NCBI GenBank assembly: GCA_964629785.1
Contig: CAZVRU010000003.1
Span: 2,740-66,739, forward strand
Reading direction: 5' to 3'
DNA: 64,000 nt
Origin: an uncultured Planctomycetia bacterium
GTDB lineage: Bacteria > Omnitrophota > Gorgyraeia > Duberdicusellales > 4484-171
The position numbers were made by a program, and so were the translations under genes. A model generated the notes under the pieces. The model searched no databases, was not told the origin of the DNA, and worked only from the letters and a program-made list of their open reading frames with translations. Below are positions 18,560 through 27,705 of the stretch, one piece after another; within the stretch, counting starts at the first letter, position 1; each line of letters begins with the position of its first letter.

Positions 18560-19042
18560 TTATTTAATTTTTACTCTCCGGGGTGTCCTGCTCTTTTCAA
18601 AATGTTTGTCAAGCCAGCCGTTTTTGACCTTATCCCGGCTGTCGAAATGCTTCACATACGGTTTTATATCCAGGAGCGGAGTGCCGTCTAAAATGTCGAC
18701 TTCGGTAAAAGTAATGATACTGCCTTTTAAACTCTTTAATTTTACGATAGAAAAACCGATATGATTCGGCCGGTGCGGGCTGCGTATGGCGAATATCCCG
18801 TGTTTCTCATCTTCGAGAAACGGTTGAGCGATGAGCTTTTCCTCTTTCGAACGGTTAAAATGATAGATCAGGATAACATGCGAAAAACCTTCTATATCCT
18901 TTAAGCCCGCTTTATATTCAGAAAATATCCTGGCAGTACCGGTAACTCCCCTTTCAAACTTTCCCTAGATGGGCATGCCTTGGGGTTCTTTATAGGGCGT
19001 ATTAATTATGCCTATGGGTTTTATCGTAATAAATTTTTTCAT
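18560..19042 (-). pseudogene. trmO: TrmO/TsaA-like tRNA methyltransferase interrupted by one in-frame TAG (codon 26)
   Basis: Manual translation gives MKKFITIKPIGIINTPYKEPQGMPI*GKFERG...RSPHRPNHIGFSIV...DILDGTPLLDIKPYV. The TAG is at 18965-18967, where the family normally has Gln. Absent from the ORF track because there is no Met after the stop. Confidence 0.7.
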
Positions 19043-19362
19043 TAAAATGTCAACACTTTATCGGATTCTTTAACGATATCATACATATCTTTCATGGTGT
19101 TGATCGGGCACATTTCCGTGCCGCCCTGATTGCGCAATTTAATGCAGGAGCCGCAGGCATATATTCTGCCTCCTGACCGGACCAAACTTTCAGCCTGTTC
19201 GATGGTATTGAATTTATCATCACTAATATTCTGATATTCAACACCTTTGCCCATGAAAAACACTTTCACCTCATCACCCTGTCCGAGAGCGAAATTACCG
19301 TAGCGCAAAGCGTTCCAGCAGGTCTCAGCGTCATTACTCGAGATAACAATCCCTACCTTCAT
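19042..19362 (-). CDS. DsrE/DsrF-like family protein
   Basis: MKVGIVISSND...FFMGKGV...IYACGSC pattern. Its stop overlaps the TrmO-like ATG (TAATG). Confidence 0.55.
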   Translation of the reverse strand: MKVGIVISSNDAETCWNALRYGNFALGQGDEVKVFFMGKGVEYQNISDDKFNTIEQAESLVRSGGRIYACGSCIKLRNQGGTEMCPINTMKDMYDIVKESDKVLTF

Positions 19363-19482
19363 ATCAATCCTCCCTTTTTTACTCTGCCTTAAATTATTTA
19401 TTCTTCTGACTAAACTCCTGGTTCAGATTCGTCTTAGCGAACGCAGGGAGCGGACGTCTCACGGCCCTTCCGCCGCAGGCGG

Positions 19483-20244
19483 CTATTTCTCCCCCACAAC
19501 CAGCATTTCAAAATCGTCAGTGGTCAGTTTATCCTTGCGGGAAAAAGCTCCCAGCCTCGCGCCGAAGATATCGATCTTTTTGAACCCCAGCGTCTTTAAC
19601 ATCCAGGTTATTTCGCTGGGCACATAATAACGCTCATTGCATTTCAGTTCTTTTTTATTGCCTGAATCGTCTTCAAGCATAACTGTATTGCGGTCACGGA
19701 AGGTCATCAGATCAAAAGAGCACTCCTTACACTGGGACTGGCCTTCTTTCTGCGCAGATTCATAAAATTCATTGACAGAGTGAAACAGGGGGAACAAGCC
19801 ATTCAATGTGTTAAAAATGAACTTGCCTTTACTCTTCAGCGCTTTTGTTGCATTCTTGAGTATGGCAAAATTCATCTCATCCGTTTCCATCAAAGAAAAC
19901 CCGCCTTCGCAGAGCATTATCGCCAGGTCGAATTCTTCTTTGAAAGGGAGATCTCTGGCGTCATGCTTCTCAAAAACAATGTGCAAACCCTGCTCTTTGG
20001 CTTTTTCCTTTGCCCTTTTGATCTGATCCTCGGACAGATCGACACCGGTCACGTTGTATCCTCTTTTTGCCAGTTCGATCGTGTGCCTGCCGGTACCGCA
20101 GCCGATATCTATTATTTTTAAGGATTTATCATGATCTATCTCCTGTTCGATGAAATCACACTCTCCCATAGTCCCCTGAACAAAGGGTTCTTTATCGTAT
20201 TTGCGAGAGTAGTTCTCATATAATGATTCATACCATTGTTTCAT
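19483..20244 (-). CDS. class I SAM-dependent methyltransferase
   Basis: Motif I IIDIGCGTGRH followed by acidic VTGVDLS. Confidence 0.75.
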   Translation of the reverse strand: MKQWYESLYENYSRKYDKEPFVQGTMGECDFIEQEIDHDKSLKIIDIGCGTGRHTIELAKRGYNVTGVDLSEDQIKRAKEKAKEQGLHIVFEKHDARDLPFKEEFDLAIMLCEGGFSLMETDEMNFAILKNATKALKSKGKFIFNTLNGLFPLFHSVNEFYESAQKEGQSQCKECSFDLMTFRDRNTVMLEDDSGNKKELKCNERYYVPSEITWMLKTLGFKKIDIFGARLGAFSRKDKLTTDDFEMLVVGEK

Positions 20245-20441
20245 TTTAAAATCTCCTGTTCAGGCTATAGTCGGCAGACCCTTTTTACCTGTTTCCATTT
20301 TTTATGCCGACGCTGCCGCACAGCTTAACAGCATCTAACCCGGCACTTTTGGGTAGTGCCGCCTATGCCATCTCCCCCGGCAAATTCTTTCGCTGGAATA
20401 AACCCGAATTTCCCGATATGCAATTCAGGCTTTTGCTTTTT

Positions 20442-21134
20442 TTATTTCAGCTTAAACGGTTTAAAGCAGATAAACCAGTCAAGGCATTTTATGCCTTCTT
20501 TACTGGCGCTATCAACCCTTTCTTTTGCCGTTCCGCAGCTTCCCGGCGGCGGCACGATCACATCATCTCCCGGCTGCCAATCGGCCGGCGTGGCAATATT
20601 GTTTTTATCCGCCGTCTGCATGGCTATCAGCATACGCTTGATCTCCTGGAAATTACGGCCTGTCGACGAAGGATAATACATCAAAGCACGCACCTTGACC
20701 TGGGGATCGATAAAGAACACTGCCCGGACCGCGCTGACATTGCTTGCCTGCGGCTGGACCATGCCGAATTTCTTGGCCACATCCATGGTCAGATCAGCGA
20801 TCACAGGAAAATTGACCTCGACATTCTTCATCCCTTTATATTCGATCTTTTCCTTTATGGTCCTGAGCCAGGCAATATGACTGTAATGACTGTCGATGGA
20901 AAGGCCGATCAGCTTGCAGTTCAAAGCCGCGAATTCTTTTTCCATGGAAGCAAAGGTCATGAATTCAGTCGTGCAAACCGGCGTAAAATCAGCCGGATGG
21001 CTGAATAATATTACCCAGTTCCCCTTATAATCTTCGGGAAACTTTATGTGACCTTGTGTCGTATCCGCTTCGAAGGCAGGAGCTGTTTCGCCGATAACCG
21101 GCATATGGACTCTTTTACAGATATTTTCTTCCAT
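20442..21134 (-). CDS. peroxiredoxin (1-Cys / Prx6-type)
   Basis: FSHPADFTPVCTTE active-site motif. AAGGGGG RBS before the ATG at 21134. The longer track start overlaps the upstream gene. Confidence 0.85.
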   Translation of the reverse strand: MEENICKRVHMPVIGETAPAFEADTTQGHIKFPEDYKGNWVILFSHPADFTPVCTTEFMTFASMEKEFAALNCKLIGLSIDSHYSHIAWLRTIKEKIEYKGMKNVEVNFPVIADLTMDVAKKFGMVQPQASNVSAVRAVFFIDPQVKVRALMYYPSSTGRNFQEIKRMLIAMQTADKNNIATPADWQPGDDVIVPPPGSCGTAKERVDSASKEGIKCLDWFICFKPFKLK

Positions 21135-21147
21135 GATTTCGCCCCCT

Positions 21148-21447
21148 TTATTGTTTTTCGATCTCCTCTTCCACTTCTTCTGCTCCTTCGGCATAGAAAT
21201 TCTCTTCGTCCGGAGCCAGTTCCTTCAACAACCTTAAAAATTCTCCGGCATGTACTCTTTCTTCATCGGCAATGTCTTTCAAAACTTCCTGAGCCAGCTT
21301 GTTGTCAGTCGATTCGGCAAGCTGCATATAAAGCTGTATGGCTTCGTATTCAGCCGCGATCATGAACCTTATGGCCCGGATCAACTCCGCATCTGTCAGC
21401 TTGCGTTCCTTTTTGAGACCGGAAAATGGATTACTGAATTCAGGCAT
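21148..21447 (-). CDS. EncFtn-like mini-ferritin (ferritin-like superfamily, 99 aa)
   Basis: AAEYEAIQLY...DIADEERVHAGEF (ExxH-type di-iron ligands). No C-terminal GSLxIGSL-type targeting peptide. Confidence 0.6.
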   Translation of the reverse strand: MPEFSNPFSGLKKERKLTDAELIRAIRFMIAAEYEAIQLYMQLAESTDNKLAQEVLKDIADEERVHAGEFLRLLKELAPDEENFYAEGAEEVEEEIEKQ

Positions 21448-21724
21448 AGCTGTTGCCTCCTTTCCTTATCAATTCCTGTTTTTTTATCCTGGTCAACGCC
21501 TTTATTCTGACCTCTTCTTTTAACGCCTCATTCTTACTTCTATATTCTTTGCTCCAAACCAGTTTGACCGGTTTCCTGCCCCTCAGGCACTTGGCCCCTT
21601 TGCCGCTGTTATGTACTGCCAGGCGCTTCTCCAAATCATTGGTATAACCGGTATACAGACTGCCGTCGGCGCATTCAAGGATATAAACATAAAATCCGCC
21701 TTTATCCGGCAAGGGTTTATCCAT
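21440..21724 (-). CDS. GIY-YIG nuclease family protein
   Basis: FYVYILEC...LYTGYTNDLEKRLAVHN signature. Confidence 0.8.
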   Translation of the reverse strand: MDKPLPDKGGFYVYILECADGSLYTGYTNDLEKRLAVHNSGKGAKCLRGRKPVKLVWSKEYRSKNEALKEEVRIKALTRIKKQELIRKGGNSYA

Positions 21725-21907
21725 AGTTTTTTATTCTATAGGTATTATTATAGAGTGGCAAGTGATATTAGACAACAGTCCACAGCCCACGGACAACGCG
21801 CAATGCGCAAGGATAAAGGACGTCTAAGTGACTGTAGGGAACAGACGTCTCACGTCTAAGCGTAGCGGACGTCTTACGGTTAAGCGCCAGGAGCAAAGAG
21901 CGAAGAG

Positions 21908-22918
21908 CTATTCTTTATCTTCGGCGCCGTGTTCTTTTAAAATTTCTATTATCGGATCCTGTCCGGCGTCCCGGGCAAGGCCTAATGCTGTATAGCTCTT
22001 TTCCCCTACGGATACATTGGCATTCACCTCGGCGCCGGCCTCAAGGAGCATTTTGACAATATCTCTATTACCTGTCTGAGCAGCAGCCATCAGCGGAGTG
22101 TAGCCATTTTTGTCCATGACATTCACCTCGGCCCCGACCTCGAGAAGCATTTTGACGATCTTATAATAACCGCCGTGTACTGCCCAGATCAGGGGAGTGA
22201 AACCGCTCATGTCCGCGGCGTTCACATCGGCCCGGGCTTTAAGCAGGATCCGGACAATATACTTCTGACCATTACGCGCTGCCCAGCTCAACGGAGTCAC
22301 CCCATTGACATCAGCAGCATTAGCATCAGCCCCGGCCTCGAGAAACATTTTGACAAGCTTATAGCAGTCGCTGCTCACTGCATCATACAAAGGAGTCGCG
22401 CCGTCTTTATTTGCCATATTCACGTCGGCCCCGGCAGCGAGGAGAACTCTGACAACATCGATATAGCCTTTCTGGGCAGCCTTATAGAGCGGAGTTGTAC
22501 TGTCTATTGTCTGGGCGACATTCACCTCGGCCCCGGCAGCGAGAAGCATTTTGACGACATCGATATGGCCGTTCTGGGCAGCCACCCATAACGGTGTGAT
22601 CCTGTAAACACCCCGGGTATCGACTTCAGCCCCGGCATCGAGAAGCATCTTTACTATTTCGTTATAACCGGCGTGGGCAGCCATCAATAACGGCGTGACG
22701 TAATATTTATTTTTGGCGTTCACCTCAGCCCCGGCTTTTATCAGTTCCCGGACCTCATCGTCAGAAGCCCCTTCCAGATATTCGGAAATGACCATTAACC
22801 TGGCTGTTGCTTTTTCAGCCTGCGACTGAGCGTAAGAAACTCCGATGTTAAAGCAGAAAAAAACCAAAAAAGAGGCAACAACAACCGCCCGACGGAAATT
22901 CGAATTTGTGTCAGTCAT
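21908..22918 (-). CDS. secreted ankyrin-repeat protein
   Basis: Signal peptide plus about 8 tandem TPL..AA..G....V..LL.AGA..N repeats. Confidence 0.85.
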   Translation of the reverse strand: MTDTNSNFRRAVVVASFLVFFCFNIGVSYAQSQAEKATARLMVISEYLEGASDDEVRELIKAGAEVNAKNKYYVTPLLMAAHAGYNEIVKMLLDAGAEVDTRGVYRITPLWVAAQNGHIDVVKMLLAAGAEVNVAQTIDSTTPLYKAAQKGYIDVVRVLLAAGADVNMANKDGATPLYDAVSSDCYKLVKMFLEAGADANAADVNGVTPLSWAARNGQKYIVRILLKARADVNAADMSGFTPLIWAVHGGYYKIVKMLLEVGAEVNVMDKNGYTPLMAAAQTGNRDIVKMLLEAGAEVNANVSVGEKSYTALGLARDAGQDPIIEILKEHGAEDKE

Positions 22919-23025
22919 AAGTCACTCCCTTTTCAGCTCATGGTTCCTGGCCTGCCTCGCCGGCAAGGTGGGCTTATAGCTCATAGAAGACCTGCGGCCC
23001 GACCACGGTCGACCCTTCGACTTCG

Positions 23026-23094
23026 CCTATAGTGAGCCTGTCGAACTGCCTGTAGTGAGCTTGCCGAACTGCCTGTAGTGAGCTTGCCGAACTG
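23026..23094. repeat. 3 x 23-bp tandem repeat CCTRTAGTGAGCYTGYCGAACTG
   Basis: Units at 23026-23048, 23049-23071 and 23072-23094. An inverted copy lies at 26610-26632. Confidence 0.8.
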
Positions 23095-23249
23095 CTCAGG
23101 GCGAGCAGACCACAGACCACGGTAAAACTAAACACTACGAGCATCCAGTTTATCCTTCATCCTTTAACCTTGGCGCGATGCGTGCATCTAGTATCCAGCA
23201 TCTCTGTTTTATCAGGATGCACCTTGTATGCCTCCGGCAATTATTGTCC

Positions 23250-23834
23250 TTAATGACAGGTGACCACAAACTGCAAATAATCGGGATCGGTCAGATCGCC
23301 CTCCACAAAAACGAACCCGGTAGATAGATCCCCGTCATCAAGGAAAACATCTATCTTTTCTAAAGAAGCCACCGGCACGGCTCCATAAGCCTCGAGGGTG
23401 ACAATTCCTGAAAGTGAGCAGGTAGTCCCTACTCCGTGGGGACTGTAGTTCTGCCATTTTTCCCAGTCATACATCCCTCCGCCTCCCGCACCCCACGGGC
23501 TTCTGTCCCATTTGTCCAGATAAGGGCCGTTCCAGCCGTACACGTTCACACATTCAGCGGCACATCCTCCTTCATTAGGCCAGCAATTGGAAGGTGTAAT
23601 TAACTTAGTAAAGCCGGGATCTTTTCCCCATCCCCCGCATTTGGTACAGGGTATAGTTCCTGTGTCCGCGTAAAAAGCCATTGCCGCCGTTTTAATGGCT
23701 TTTATATCGGATATACAGGAACTTATTTTTGCTTTTTCGATGGCCTTGAACGCATTGGGAGCGATTATTGCCGCTAAAATAGCAATGATCGCGATAACCA
23801 CTATAAGTTCGATGAGCGTAAAACCTTTTCGCAT
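23250..23834 (-). CDS. prepilin-type N-terminal cleavage/methylation domain protein (GspG/pseudopilin-like)
   Basis: MRKGFTLIELIVVIAIIAILAAI N-terminus. Confidence 0.8.
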   Translation of the reverse strand: MRKGFTLIELIVVIAIIAILAAIIAPNAFKAIEKAKISSCISDIKAIKTAAMAFYADTGTIPCTKCGGWGKDPGFTKLITPSNCWPNEGGCAAECVNVYGWNGPYLDKWDRSPWGAGGGGMYDWEKWQNYSPHGVGTTCSLSGIVTLEAYGAVPVASLEKIDVFLDDGDLSTGFVFVEGDLTDPDYLQFVVTCH

Positions 23835-23942
23835 GCTCTCTCCTTTTTTTTATTTTAACACTGAGGGCAATCCGGCGCAAGGAAACCGCCTCAAGGCGGG
23901 TTACTATAAGCTGATTAGAAGAGACCACAGTAAAATAACTGT

Positions 23943-25142
23943 TTATTTGTAGGCTGCTGCTCCGGGCGGAGCCTTTTTCCAGGGGTAGCTTTCTAAGGCT
24001 TCTTTATATCCCAGATCGAACAGTCTTGCCATTTCAACAGGATCGAACAGTTCTCTGGAATGCGGAGTATAGGTTTGCGGGATGCTGGCCAGATTAAAAT
24101 CACCTTTACTCATCTCGGTAAAACTATACAGCTGATAAAGGTCCCCCACGCTCTGGACATTGAGAACAGTATCGATCGAACGCGCCGAGATGGCCATGAT
24201 CCTGTCGGGGATCTCTTTATAAACCGGATCGACAAACCCGTTCCTTATCACATAGATCCTGTATTTGATCCGGGAAATATCTATACCTTTTTCTTTGATA
24301 GCCCGGTCAAACCCCTGCATAACGTCATAAAGAAAAAATACCTGTTTGACCACACCGCCGTCTACATGCATCTCATCATACATCTCATTATCAACCTCTA
24401 CGTCCATATATACAGGAGGGAAAGCAATCGGGACAGACGCCGAAGCCAGGATGATCCTGCGGAACAGCTTTACAGCCCCGGGCCCGCCGATAGAAGCGAT
24501 CTTGCCCATGTCCCAGATGACCAGGCGCTGGGCATCCAGATTGGTCGTTCCCACATAAAGTCGGCGGCCCTTCTCATGTTCGGCAGCTATCTCTTTTAGC
24601 AGTTCCCCGTCAAAATACTCTTCGATAAGGCTTTTTAAAGGGCGGGTGCTGGCCAGAGAATTGCCTAAAAGGCTCTGGAAAAAAAACTTTTTAAGCATAA
24701 CGTCCCGGGTGGAATACTTTGTATAAAACCGTTCCAACAAACTGTCGTATCGGCTTCCCAGAAAAGCAAAGGGCGCGATTATCGCCCCGGTACTTATACC
24801 GGTAACGATCTTGAAGACCGGCCGGGAGCCGTGTTCTGACCAGCCTTTAAGCAGGCCGGCGCCGTAAGCCCCGTTGGCCGCGCCCCCGGAAATAGCCAGC
24901 ATCGAATAAGTAATACCGGGATCTTTATCAAAAAAAGAAAACAGCCCCTTTTTTTGTTCCTGTTCCAGCAGTTCTATAAAATCTTTCTTAAAGGCGTCGC
25001 TGGGGATCCCGCTGAAAGCTCTGACGTCCTGGAAACCCGGCACCTGGGCCCGGCCCAGCAGATTTAAAGGTACCGCGTGCCTGGCACTGGCGCATCCGCA
25101 AACAAAAACCAATATGATCAGCAAACACGATTTCTTTCCCAT
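23943..25142 (-). CDS. patatin-like phospholipase lipoprotein
   Basis: GGAANGAYGAG oxyanion loop, GISTGA (GxSxG) and HVDGG. Lipobox VFVCGC. AAGGAAG RBS before the ATG at 25142. Confidence 0.8.
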   Translation of the reverse strand: MGKKSCLLIILVFVCGCASARHAVPLNLLGRAQVPGFQDVRAFSGIPSDAFKKDFIELLEQEQKKGLFSFFDKDPGITYSMLAISGGAANGAYGAGLLKGWSEHGSRPVFKIVTGISTGAIIAPFAFLGSRYDSLLERFYTKYSTRDVMLKKFFFQSLLGNSLASTRPLKSLIEEYFDGELLKEIAAEHEKGRRLYVGTTNLDAQRLVIWDMGKIASIGGPGAVKLFRRIILASASVPIAFPPVYMDVEVDNEMYDEMHVDGGVVKQVFFLYDVMQGFDRAIKEKGIDISRIKYRIYVIRNGFVDPVYKEIPDRIMAISARSIDTVLNVQSVGDLYQLYSFTEMSKGDFNLASIPQTYTPHSRELFDPVEMARLFDLGYKEALESYPWKKAPPGAAAYK

Positions 25143-25251
25143 CTGATACTTCCTTGAGATAAAAGGCGAAAAGAAAAAGTCCACGGCCGACCCGACCACG
25201 GTCCACAGACAACGCGCTATGCGCGTAACTATGTCGAAGGGCTGCTATACC

Positions 25252-26382
25252 CTAATCGCTGTTTTTTAGCGGCCAGACCAGATCATAATGGACACTGCGG
25301 CCTTTGCCCGGCATCTGCCGCAATATTTTCTTTTCGACCATGTCAGAGATCTCGCGAAAAGCAGTAGCCCGGCTGACCTTTGCGATGCTCACATATTTAC
25401 GTGTGGTCAGCCCGCCTTCGAATCCTCCCGGACCGGCATCCAGCATGCGGTTCAGGACCTTTTTCTGGCGGTCATTAAGCTGCTCCTGGGCATGCTCCTG
25501 CCAGAAGTCTGCCTTAACCAGAACCCCTCCGATTATTTTATCGGACTTTATGACAGCATTACTGAAACATTTTAAAAACCAGATGAGCCATTCAGTCACA
25601 TCTGTGTCATCTCTTTTGGAACATTTATCCAGAATGTCATAATAATCATCTCTTTCTTCCATGATCTGAGAAGAAAGGCTGTAATAACGGATACCAAGTT
25701 TTTCATCCTGGGCCAGGGCCATATCCGTCAATGCCCTGGCAATACGGCCATTACCGTCTTCAAAAGGATGGATGATCACAAAATAAAAATGAGCCAATCC
25801 GGCCCGTAAAATACCGTCGGTATTTTCACGGCTCTTTTTCCACCAGCTCAAAAACCGCTTCATTTCCCAATCGACCTTTTCTCCCGGCAATGCTTCATAA
25901 TGCACCTTCTCCCTGCCTACAGGACCGGACACGATCTGCATCGGCTCTTTTCCCCGCCATTGGCCAACGCGGATCTTATGCAGCCCGGAATAGCCGGTAG
26001 GAAAAAACGCAGCCTGCCATCCTTTGATCCTGTCGGAGGAAAGGACTTTATCATAATTCTGCGTAGCATCCAGGATCACATCTACCAATCCATTCACAGA
26101 ACGGGTGGACGAGATCAAACCAGCTTCCTCCAATCCCAGATGCCGGGCAACAGAAGAACGCACCATCATGGGATTCAGGCGTTCCCCCTCGATCGCAGCA
26201 GTTTTAACCGCTTCTTCAGTAAGAATATCCATATGCGCCTCTTCTCCCAGACGAAACCCTAAACGCTTGACCCTGCCCAGAAGATTACCCTGCATATGAC
26301 GGGCCTTCCCCAAAGGGGACAGCAAAACATCACTATTCCAGGTTAAATTCGGCCAGGGATCAGATTGCCAGATATATTTCAT
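25252..26382 (-). CDS. fic: Fic family protein (DUF4172-like N-terminus, C-terminal wHTH)
   Basis: HPFEDGNGRIARAL Fic motif. AGGTGG RBS before the ATG at 26382. TAG stop. Confidence 0.85.
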   Translation of the reverse strand: MKYIWQSDPWPNLTWNSDVLLSPLGKARHMQGNLLGRVKRLGFRLGEEAHMDILTEEAVKTAAIEGERLNPMMVRSSVARHLGLEEAGLISSTRSVNGLVDVILDATQNYDKVLSSDRIKGWQAAFFPTGYSGLHKIRVGQWRGKEPMQIVSGPVGREKVHYEALPGEKVDWEMKRFLSWWKKSRENTDGILRAGLAHFYFVIIHPFEDGNGRIARALTDMALAQDEKLGIRYYSLSSQIMEERDDYYDILDKCSKRDDTDVTEWLIWFLKCFSNAVIKSDKIIGGVLVKADFWQEHAQEQLNDRQKKVLNRMLDAGPGGFEGGLTTRKYVSIAKVSRATAFREISDMVEKKILRQMPGKGRSVHYDLVWPLKNSD

Positions 26383-26401
26383 TTTTCCACCTATTTTGCC
26401 T

Positions 26402-26470
26402 GAAGCGATTAGCTTTTCTAATCGCTTCATTATTTGATACAATTATACCATTTAATCGCTTCAACTACAA
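26402..26470 (-). promoter_or_regulatory. putative Fic promoter with GAAGCGATTA operator-like repeats
   Basis: Read on the minus strand: TTGTAG-N17-TATAAT (26470-26442). A 10-11-bp hairpin GAAGCGATTAG/CTAATCGCTTC lies at 26402-26428, with a third half-site at 26453-26462. Confidence 0.45.
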
Positions 26471-26658
26471 GATTGTTGTATGTAACAAGAGATCCCGAGG
26501 AAATACTCGGGACAGGCAAGTGATATTAGACAACAGCCCACGGCCACCAGACCATAGACCACAGACAACGCGCATTGCGCGGGCCTAAACGCTATCCGCT
26601 TATCCTGAGTAGTTCGACAAGCTCACTATAAGTCTGTCGAAGGGCTAGCCCCTAAACC

Positions 26659-27066
26659 CTATTTCTGAAATATTTCCTTATTGCATTTATTACAGCAGCC
26701 GGTTTTAAGCCCGTGAGAAATAGTCCTTTCAGTAAATAATTTGCCGCATTCCGGACAGGCCAGGCCATAGGCGCGCATACGCGATTTTATGGTTTTGAAA
26801 ATAAAAATCAAATTTCCGATCAACACAGCAAAGAACAGAATTATCAGGCCGGTCTGAATTCCTTTATCCAGGCTTTCGATATTTTTAGACAGAGCAATGC
26901 AGGCAAAGAGAAAGGCAAAAAATAATACCAGCCAGATACCGGAAACAATATTCTCCTCTTTTTTACAGGCTTTATACCTCGTTCTTAATTCCTCTTCAGA
27001 TATCGGCCATTGGGGTTGTGTTTGTTTGTAGTTCATATTCAATCCTTTCTTTAAAAAGATGGCCAC
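26659..27066 (-). CDS. hypothetical 2-TM protein with C-terminal zinc ribbon
   Basis: Two hydrophobic helices followed by CPECG...CCNKC. An alternative start is at 27036. Confidence 0.5.
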   Translation of the reverse strand: MAIFLKKGLNMNYKQTQPQWPISEEELRTRYKACKKEENIVSGIWLVLFFAFLFACIALSKNIESLDKGIQTGLIILFFAVLIGNLIFIFKTIKSRMRAYGLACPECGKLFTERTISHGLKTGCCNKCNKEIFQK

Positions 27067-27269
27067 TGATAACCTATGATAAACACAGATAAATCAATTA
27101 CAAGTACCTGACGCTTATATCATATTTAACTTTGCAAAGTTGCAGACTATAAATTATTTTAACATCTATGCGTTCTAAAGAACAATGCTAACTTTTGGGT
27201 AGCCAGGGGCTATTTTCAGTCTTTAAGTGTCTGTCCTGTTATCCACCATCTCTTAGATCCCTCTTGTCT

Positions 27270-27296
27270 GAAGCGATTAGCCCCTATAATCGCTTC
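27270..27296. repeat. second copy of the GAAGCGATTA / TAATCGCTTC hairpin
   Basis: 10-bp stem identical to the Fic-upstream hairpin. The flanks (GATACAAT..., ...CCGAGG..ATACTC...) also resemble 26430-26520. Confidence 0.6.
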
Positions 27297-27705
27297 AGAT
27301 ACAATATCGTTAAATGTGGCAGGAATACCGAGGGCATACTCAGTCCAGGTAAATGACAAGAAAGGTGAAAAGGTCAGTATTTACAAGAATTTCCGAGCCA
27401 CACCTGCGAGGTGTGGGCGGGAAGGCTATTTTGAAATCTCGGTCTTGTCAACCGAATTTTCAAGGTGTTTAAAACTGCAAAGCGACTACAGATCACCAGG
27501 GTCTGCCCCGAACGTAGCTTCGGGATGTGGGAAAAAGGAGGGGAATTGATACCGATGTAAAATGTAAATTTTAAAGTTTAAAATGTAAAATAAAGAGATA
27601 AATCAGCGTGCAAAGCACGCCCCTATCTGCTATACCCTGATTTTTATCATTTATAATTCATAACTTATCACTCATAATTTATTTCAACCCTTTCCGCTAA
27701 ACGCT

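Noticed and set aside
18965-18967. Genome-wide reassignment of TAG as a sense codon, as an explanation for the in-frame TAG in the TrmO-like gene.
   Set aside because: TAG is the terminating codon of fic (25252-25254) and of the ankyrin gene (21908-21910), at positions that fit full-length family members. A global recoding is therefore unlikely.
21148-21447. An encapsulin nanocompartment operon.
   Set aside because: The EncFtn-like protein lacks a recognisable C-terminal targeting peptide, and no HK97-fold shell gene is adjacent. Only the stand-alone ferritin-like call is kept.
27316-27549. A 77-aa plus-strand ORF in the 640-bp gap.
   Set aside because: It has no Shine-Dalgarno sequence and spans hairpin and word repeats. 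Its strand is opposite to all neighbouring genes.
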